Part shown: positions 58,191-64,000 of the stretch, in pieces | How the letters are laid out: every line of letters starts with the position of its first letter | How positions within the stretch are numbered: the stretch's first letter is position 1 | Source of the DNA: an uncultured bacterium | GTDB taxonomy: Bacteria > Planctomycetota > UBA1135 > GCA-002686595 | Direction of reading: 5' to 3' | Assembly (NCBI GenBank): GCA_943787795.1 | Contig: CALSNU010000001.1 | Location: forward strand, 800,001-864,000 | DNA: 64,000 nt | Program-made: the position numbers and the translations under genes | Notes under the pieces: generated by a model | What the model was told of the DNA's origin: nothing | What the model saw: the letters and a program-made list of their open reading frames with translations, nothing else | Database searches by the model: none

Positions 58191-59417
58191 ATGCTGCTCC
58201 CCCTGCTATCGACCGTGCTCCTCCTCACCGCTCAGGACCCCTTGGCGCCCGGTGGCCCCGCCGCCGCGAGCCGGTTGACGCTGGTGGAGTCGTCACCCGT
58301 GGAGACCACCCTGGACGCCCCGGACCTGCCCCAGACGGCGGACGTCTGGAGGGGCATGATCGACGGGGCGAAGCGGGAGCTGCTGCTCTCTCACTTCTAT
58401 GCGTCCACCGCGCCCGCGAGCCCGCTGAACGACGTGATCGAGGCCATCGAGGCGGCGGCAAGCCGCGGAGTGCGGGTCCGGTTCCTGCTCGCCGAGCGCT
58501 TCCGAAAGACCTACCCCGAGCTCGCGGAGCGCTTCGGGCGCGTGGAGGGTATCGACGTCCGCTTCATCGACTTCGGGGAGGTCGCCGGCGGCGTGATGCA
58601 CGCCAAGTACATGGTCGTGGACGGGGCGCAGTCCTTCCTCGGCAGCCCGAACTTCGACTTCCGGGCCATGGATCAGATCCAGGAGCTCGGGGCGCACCTG
58701 GTGGACCGGTCCATCGCCGCGGGACTGTCGCGGGTCTTCGAGATGGACTGGGCCCTCGCCGGCGGCGAGCCGGTGCCCGCTGGTGGGGAAGCTCTGGCTC
58801 CCGTGTCGCTCCAGCTCGCGGCGGAGCAGGCGGGGCCCGACGGCGCCGCGGCGGTCAGGGCGACGTTGGCCTGTAGCCCTCAGGGGCATCTTCCAGGCGG
58901 CATCGCGTGGGACCTGCCCCTGCTGCTCGAGCTGATCGACAGCGCCAAGGCGCGGCTCCGCGTTCAGGTCCTCACCTACGACGCGACGGGCTACGGCGGC
59001 GGCTACTACGACCGCCTCGAGAGCGCCCTGCGCCGGGCCGCGGCGCGCGGGGTCCGGGTGGAGCTGCTGGTGGCGGACTGGTGCAAGCGCAAGGGGTGCG
59101 TGGACGGCCTGCAGAGCCTCGCGAGCCTCGACGGCATCGACGTGCGCTTCGCGGTGATCCCCGACGCCAGCACGGGCTTCGTGGAGTTCTCCCGGGTGGC
59201 CCACGCCAAGCTCTGCGTGGCCGACGAGCGCGCAGCGTGGATCGGGTCCAGCAACTGGGAGGGGTCGTACTTCATGACCTCGCGCAACGTGAGCCTCTTC
59301 CTCGAGGGCGCCGGGGTCGGGGCCCGGCTCGCGCGCTGGTTCGACGTCACCTTCCAGGGGGAGTACGCCGAGCCGGTGGTGCCGGGCAAGTCCTACGAGC
59401 CGCGTCGCCGGCAGTAG
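58191..59417 (+). CDS. Exported phospholipase D superfamily protein
   Basis: Two HKD motifs, HAKYMVVD...GSPN and HAKLCVAD...GSSN; signal peptide. Confidence 0.88.
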   Translation: MLLPLLSTVLLLTAQDPLAPGGPAAASRLTLVESSPVETTLDAPDLPQTADVWRGMIDGAKRELLLSHFYASTAPASPLNDVIEAIEAAASRGVRVRFLLAERFRKTYPELAERFGRVEGIDVRFIDFGEVAGGVMHAKYMVVDGAQSFLGSPNFDFRAMDQIQELGAHLVDRSIAAGLSRVFEMDWALAGGEPVPAGGEALAPVSLQLAAEQAGPDGAAAVRATLACSPQGHLPGGIAWDLPLLLELIDSAKARLRVQVLTYDATGYGGGYYDRLESALRRAAARGVRVELLVADWCKRKGCVDGLQSLASLDGIDVRFAVIPDASTGFVEFSRVAHAKLCVADERAAWIGSSNWEGSYFMTSRNVSLFLEGAGVGARLARWFDVTFQGEYAEPVVPGKSYEPRRRQ

Positions 59418-59457
59418 CGCCGCGCGGGGGCGCGTCGCGGGCGCACGTCACGCCCGG

Positions 59458-60624
59458 TCAGAACGGCTGGCCGAAGCTCAGGTAGAGGGCCGAGTTGTCG
59501 TCCTCGCCGACCGCGTAGTCGAGGCGCAGGACGATGCCCGCCTCTGGCTTGAGGTCGTAGATGATCCCGGCGCCGCCCATGAAGAAGAGGGCGTCGGAGC
59601 TGTCGAGGTCCGAGAGGGTCGAGTACAGGCTGCCCACCCCGCCGAAGAGGGCCGCGCCCCAGGGCTCATTGAGGGCGAAGCGCGCGTCGAGCTGGACCTG
59701 GGTCGAGTGCTCACCCAGGTAGTTGCCCCGGGTGTAGCCGCGCATGTCGATGGAGGAGAAGCCTGACTGGGGGGCGTCCTTGGTCCAGCGGCCGCTGATG
59801 TCCGCCGCGAGGACGTTGCCGTCGCCGAAGGGGAAGTACTTCGCGAGCGAGAGGTGCAACGAGTCGAAGGACTCCTCGCCGCCCAGGTCCTCGCGGTAGG
59901 CCACGTTGTGCACCGTGAAGTGCTGTCCGAGGGTGGGGTTGCGGACGTTGTCCCGGTCGTCGAACTCGGCCACGAGGCCGAGGCCGTTGGAGCGCAGGCC
60001 CGTCAGACCGATCTGGTCCAGGGCCCCCGCCAGGAGCCCCTCGGCGCCGATGACGTAGTCGGTGGAGATGCCCTGGACTCCGCCGTACCAGCCGCCATCC
60101 AGGCGGTAGAGGTAGCGCGCACCCACCGCGCCGATGTTGTCCTGGGTCTCCGCAGGCAGCCCGCTGCCAAGGAAGTCGTCGTACTCATTACGGACCTCGC
60201 CGCTCATGAGGCCGAAGATCAGCTTGTGCTGGTTGGCGTTGAAGTAGGTGTCCGCCGCGAATCCCGCGTAGTGGGAGTCGGTGTTGCTGTAGCCCCCGAA
60301 GAAGGTCAGCAGGGACGGGTTCGAGTCCGGGTCGAACTTCCGGATGTAGCCGGCGACGCCACCGAGCGTGGAGCCGAGCTTGGGGTCGATGCTCATGGTC
60401 GGGGTCACGAGCCAAGGGGACTCCGTCGACCCGGAGTCCCCGGCTGTGGCGTCGGCTGTGGCGTCGGCTGTGGCGTCCGCGATACTCGCGTCTTCGACGA
60501 CCACTTCCGGGGCGGGAGCTGTTGCGTCCTGGGGGCCAGCGGTCGCGAGCGACGGGAGGAGGACGCAGAGCGTCAGCGAGAGGCCTCGGGAGATCCGAGG
60601 GAGTGCGAGTCGTGTGGGGAGCAC
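59458..60624 (-). CDS. Outer-membrane beta-barrel of BamA/TamA surface-antigen type without POTRA domains
   Basis: DDRDNVRNP, MRGYTRGNY, LRLDYAVG, C-terminal LYLSFGQPF; start uncertain. Confidence 0.7.
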   Translation of the reverse strand: MLPTRLALPRISRGLSLTLCVLLPSLATAGPQDATAPAPEVVVEDASIADATADATADATAGDSGSTESPWLVTPTMSIDPKLGSTLGGVAGYIRKFDPDSNPSLLTFFGGYSNTDSHYAGFAADTYFNANQHKLIFGLMSGEVRNEYDDFLGSGLPAETQDNIGAVGARYLYRLDGGWYGGVQGISTDYVIGAEGLLAGALDQIGLTGLRSNGLGLVAEFDDRDNVRNPTLGQHFTVHNVAYREDLGGEESFDSLHLSLAKYFPFGDGNVLAADISGRWTKDAPQSGFSSIDMRGYTRGNYLGEHSTQVQLDARFALNEPWGAALFGGVGSLYSTLSDLDSSDALFFMGGAGIIYDLKPEAGIVLRLDYAVGEDDNSALYLSFGQPF

Positions 60625-60843
60625 GGGAACAGCCGAGTGCGGGGGGCCGTGGCGCGGCGAGAGCCTGCGCCATGGAGTGAGAGGGCGCGAAGGATATCGA
60701 ATGGCCTGTGGCCCGGCGCCTCTATCCTGCGCCCCGGGCCTGCGCCCCGGGTCGGCATCACGGGCCTGCGCAACGGGCATGCACCACGGGCATGCACCAC
60801 GGGGAGGTCGTGGGGTATCAACGGGCCGGACCCTTGCCGGCCT

Positions 60844-61488
60844 TCACCGCCCGGGGACCCAGGACCACGGGGCCCCATCGGCCTCCGTGACCTGCCACTC
60901 TCCAACCGCCGTCAGCTCCACGAGCACGTCCTTGCGCATGAAGACGAAGAACATGCACGCGTTCTCGAGGGTGAGCGTCTCCCCGGACCGGCGGGCGGCG
61001 ACCGTGAGCATGCCCTCAGAGGGAGGGTCGAACCGCCACACGAAGCGCTCCCCAGGGCCGAGCTCCTCGGTCTCGTAGCGCGCGCTTCCGCAGGCCACGA
61101 GCGTGACGTCCTGGATGGGGACGTCCCCGAGGTTGACCACCTCCACGCGCTGGATCGCGGCGACGCCCAGTCCGAGGAGGTAGATCGCGGCGAGGGGGAA
61201 GTTCGCGAAGAGGAGCAGCGCGCGCCTGACGAGCGGGGGGGTGGGGGCTCCCCGTCGCCGCGCGACCGCGAGGGCGCCGAGCCCGATGACGACGAGGACC
61301 GGCCCGCCACCGAGGGCCGCGATCCCGAGCATGATGAAGAGATCGCCCTCGCTGCCGATGCCGCCGGTGGAGATCAGCCACCCGAAGAAGCCGAGGGAGC
61401 CCAGGGCCATGGGGGCGAGTCCGCAGGCCGTGGCCAGCCTCAGGGCTGGGCGGGGCTCGAGCGAGCTCGTGGGGGGCGCGCCCATCAT
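60844..61488 (-). CDS. Hypothetical membrane protein
   Basis: Three hydrophobic segments plus a small beta-rich domain. Confidence 0.55.
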   Translation of the reverse strand: MMGAPPTSSLEPRPALRLATACGLAPMALGSLGFFGWLISTGGIGSEGDLFIMLGIAALGGGPVLVVIGLGALAVARRRGAPTPPLVRRALLLFANFPLAAIYLLGLGVAAIQRVEVVNLGDVPIQDVTLVACGSARYETEELGPGERFVWRFDPPSEGMLTVAARRSGETLTLENACMFFVFMRKDVLVELTAVGEWQVTEADGAPWSWVPGR

Positions 61489-61492
61489 GGCC

Positions 61493-61819
61493 TCAGAGCG
61501 TGAGGACCTTCTCCGCCCGCTCGATCTCGCCCAGGATCTCGTCCATGGAGCCCACCTTGCCGACGGCCGGGGTGACCTCGTAGTGCTGCAAGCAGGTCCC
61601 GCAGGGGACGAGGTCCACGCCGTTCTCCTCGAGGAGCATGAGCTCGGCGCGCACGGGCGAATCGGGCCCCACCAGCTTCACCCCGGCGTTGTAGAAGAGC
61701 AGCGCCTCCAGCTCCTGCAGGACGCCGGTCTTCTGGAGGAAGGTCTTGAGGATGCGGGCGCCGAGGTCGGCGTCGCCCTCGCCCATCTGGTCCCTGGAGA
61801 GGACGATCACGGTCTTCAT
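61493..61819 (-). CDS. DsrE-fold protein resembling the YedF sulfurtransferase-like C-terminal domain
   Basis: MGEGDADLGARILKTFL, FYNAGVKL, CGTCLQHY, GSMDEI. Confidence 0.75.
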   Translation of the reverse strand: MKTVIVLSRDQMGEGDADLGARILKTFLQKTGVLQELEALLFYNAGVKLVGPDSPVRAELMLLEENGVDLVPCGTCLQHYEVTPAVGKVGSMDEILGEIERAEKVLTL

Positions 61820-61926
61820 GGTGGAGATGATACGGCTTCGAGCAGGCCTGCCGGAGCTTAGCGGGTCAGGGGGTGGCCTCGGGTGCTTGGAGAGATTCGC
61901 GGGGAAGTGCCGTATGCTCACCTGGC

Positions 61927-62919
61927 ATGAAGGAGATCAGCGCTGAGACCCGCGGCGGCGGCATGATCTTCGCCGTCCTCCTCGACGGCGAGGGTGGTGC
62001 GAGGGAGCTGGACTGGGAGGGCGTCCGGGCCTGGACGCCGGAGCAGGGGTTCCTCTGGACCCACCTGGATTACCGCGCACCAGGCGTTCGGGAGTGGCTG
62101 GCCGATGGTCCCGGGCTCGACGAGGTCCTGATCGAAGCCCTCTGCGCCCAGGCGACGCGCCCGCGCTCGTCCAGTCGGGGAGAGGGGCTATTGGTCAACC
62201 TCCGCGCGATCAACCCCGCCAGCAAGGGCGACCCCGATGAGTTGGTGGCCTTCCGCCTGTGGTCGGACCATCGTTGCGCTGTGTCTCTTCGTCACCGTCA
62301 GCTCCAGGTCCCCAGCGAGGTCCGCGAGGCGCTCGCGAGCGGCGTCGGGCCATCAGGAGCCGGCGAGCTGCTGGTCGAACTCTGCGCCCGTATCTTCGAT
62401 CCGCTCTCCGACCTGGTGGTCAACATCGATGACGATGCGGACGCCATCGAGGATCAGGTCCTGTGCGGAGAGGGCCGCGAGCTCCGGTCGAAGATCAGCG
62501 ACGTGCGGCGTCGGGCCATCGGGCTGCGCCGATTCCTCGCTCCCCAGCGGGACGCCATGGGACACCTCGACGTGCTCCCCGTGGAATGGCTCGCGGACCG
62601 AGAGCGGCTCATGCTGCGGGAGCTCAGCGACCGGCTGCTGCGCTTCGTCGAGGACCTCGATGCCGTCCGCGATCGGGCGGCGGTCACCCAGGAGGAGCTG
62701 AGCGCGCGCCTCGCGGAGTCCATGAACCGGACGATGTACGTGCTCTCCATCGTCACGGCCATCTTCCTACCCCTCGGCCTCCTGACGGGGCTGCTCGGCG
62801 TCAACGTGGGGGGGATGCCCGGCGAGGAGAGCGAGCAGGCCTTCGCCTACGTCTGCGTCCTCATGGGCGTGATGGCGCTCGGGCTCTGGGCGCTCTTCCG
62901 GAGCAAGCGCCTCGTGTGA
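61927..62919 (+). CDS. zntB: ZntB/CorA family zinc transporter
   Basis: WTHLD, TRPR, LRRFLAPQRDA, MNRTMYVLSIVTAIFLPLGLLTGLLGVNVGGMPG. Confidence 0.88.
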   Translation: MKEISAETRGGGMIFAVLLDGEGGARELDWEGVRAWTPEQGFLWTHLDYRAPGVREWLADGPGLDEVLIEALCAQATRPRSSSRGEGLLVNLRAINPASKGDPDELVAFRLWSDHRCAVSLRHRQLQVPSEVREALASGVGPSGAGELLVELCARIFDPLSDLVVNIDDDADAIEDQVLCGEGRELRSKISDVRRRAIGLRRFLAPQRDAMGHLDVLPVEWLADRERLMLRELSDRLLRFVEDLDAVRDRAAVTQEELSARLAESMNRTMYVLSIVTAIFLPLGLLTGLLGVNVGGMPGEESEQAFAYVCVLMGVMALGLWALFRSKRLV

Positions 62920-63010
62920 ACGGCGAGCGGTGTGGGCCGGGCGCCTCTCCCGCCGCGGAGCCATCGGCTCGGCGGCGACGCCAGGGGGCAGCGTCTCCAG
63001 ACCCCGTGCG

Positions 63011-63286
63011 CTAGCGGCTGCGTTCGTCGACGAGCTGGAAGAAGGCGCCGATGACCAGTGACGCCATGAGCACGACGAATCCGCTCCCGAGCTGCTCGCC
63101 GCCGTTCTCGGCGAAGGGTGAGGTGAGCATGACGAGGGCGCCAAAGAAGAGCGGGAGCTTCACCAGCTGCCGCCCGACCCCTGCGAAGGTCCACTCGCCA
63201 AGGGGCTTCATGGTCGGGCCAGGGCGGCGGGCGGGCTCCGTGAAGCTCTCGGGCATGGGGGCGGGCTTGGGCTTGTCCTTGCTCAT
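63011..63286 (-). CDS. Small hypothetical membrane protein
   Basis: Two hydrophobic segments. Confidence 0.45.
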   Translation of the reverse strand: MSKDKPKPAPMPESFTEPARRPGPTMKPLGEWTFAGVGRQLVKLPLFFGALVMLTSPFAENGGEQLGSGFVVLMASLVIGAFFQLVDERSR

Positions 63287-63497
63287 GAATCGGGGGCGGC
63301 TCTGGCCTGCGAGGGGGTTCATCCCGGAGGCGGAGACGTCATCTGGAGCCTAACACCGGGTGCCGCGGCCCGTGGTCAGAACCGGATCTGGAGGCCCGCG
63401 CCGGGGTCGAGCGGCTCATCTGGGCGTTGCCACAGCCCGCGTGTCCCGCCCTCCTGTGGCCTCAGAGCAACGTGTGACCTCAGAGCAAGGTGTGACC

Positions 63498-64000
63498 TCA
63501 GAGCACCCTGCGCGGCGGGACGATCACGTTGGCGGTCAGGGTGCCTCCGACGAGGGCCGCGCCCACCAGCAGCATCTCATACACCGAGGCCACACCGCCC
63601 AGGGCGTTCTGGTCGGCGAAGGCGCTCAGCGCGCGATAGCCGATGGCGCCGGGCACCAGGACCAGCAGCCCGGGGAGCAGCGGCACGGTGGCGGGGCGGT
63701 CCTTGAGGCGGGCGTACCCATTGGAGAAGGCGGCCACGGCGAGCGCGCCGGCGAAGGCTGCGGCGGCGGAGACCTGGAGGGCGCCGTCCATGGCGTGTCC
63801 GTGGGCCGCGACCCAGGCGGTCCCCCTGGCGGCCGTGAACCCCGCGGCGCTCGAGCCGAGGATCCAGGGGAGCTCCCGGAGCCGCGCGCCGAAGAGGAGC
63901 CCGAAGCCAGTGGCCGCGACGGTCAAGAGGACGGCGAGCGCGAGGGGCGAGGACAGCCAGGGTTCTGGCTCGGGAGCGGGGAACGGGCCCGAGAGGGGGA
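63498..64000 (-). CDS. ThrE-family threonine/serine exporter, C-terminal part (5' truncated by window)
   Basis: Multiple TM helices with PATVPLLPGLLVLVPGAIGYR motif. Confidence 0.75.
   Translation of the reverse strand, partial: PLSGPFPAPEPEPWLSSPLALAVLLTVAATGFGLLFGARLRELPWILGSSAAGFTAARGTAWVAAHGHAMDGALQVSAAAAFAGALAVAAFSNGYARLKDRPATVPLLPGLLVLVPGAIGYRALSAFADQNALGGVASVYEMLLVGAALVGGTLTANVIVPPRRVL

Overview
GC-rich bacterial chromosome segment, inferred to be Planctomycetota from its gene content (MoxR/DUF58/BatA/vWA/prenyltransferase-repeat cluster, AroD-AroE fusion, M56 protein with helical repeats, sulfatase). From left to right: the end of a LarE-type gene; a three-gene minor pilin cassette; a secreted choice-of-anchor-B-like protein; an NHL/YtkA-like/MauG-like di-heme operon; a roughly 21 kb uncharacterised MoxR-vWA envelope operon; a PQQ-like propeller, an FtsB-like protein and enolase; a cofactor operon (pssA, folK-panC fusion, ispE, DUF2520, aroDE, aroK); initiator tRNA-Met; then accessory genes. 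The best-supported unusual signal is at the tRNA 3' end. Tandem recombination scars there allow a symmetric 50 bp serine-integrase-type attP to be rebuilt, next to a truncated serine recombinase and a DUF1611 plus PLP racemase cargo. Several genes, including enolase, carry frameshifts, mostly in homopolymer runs and probably assembly errors. All family calls come from motif recognition, not database searches.
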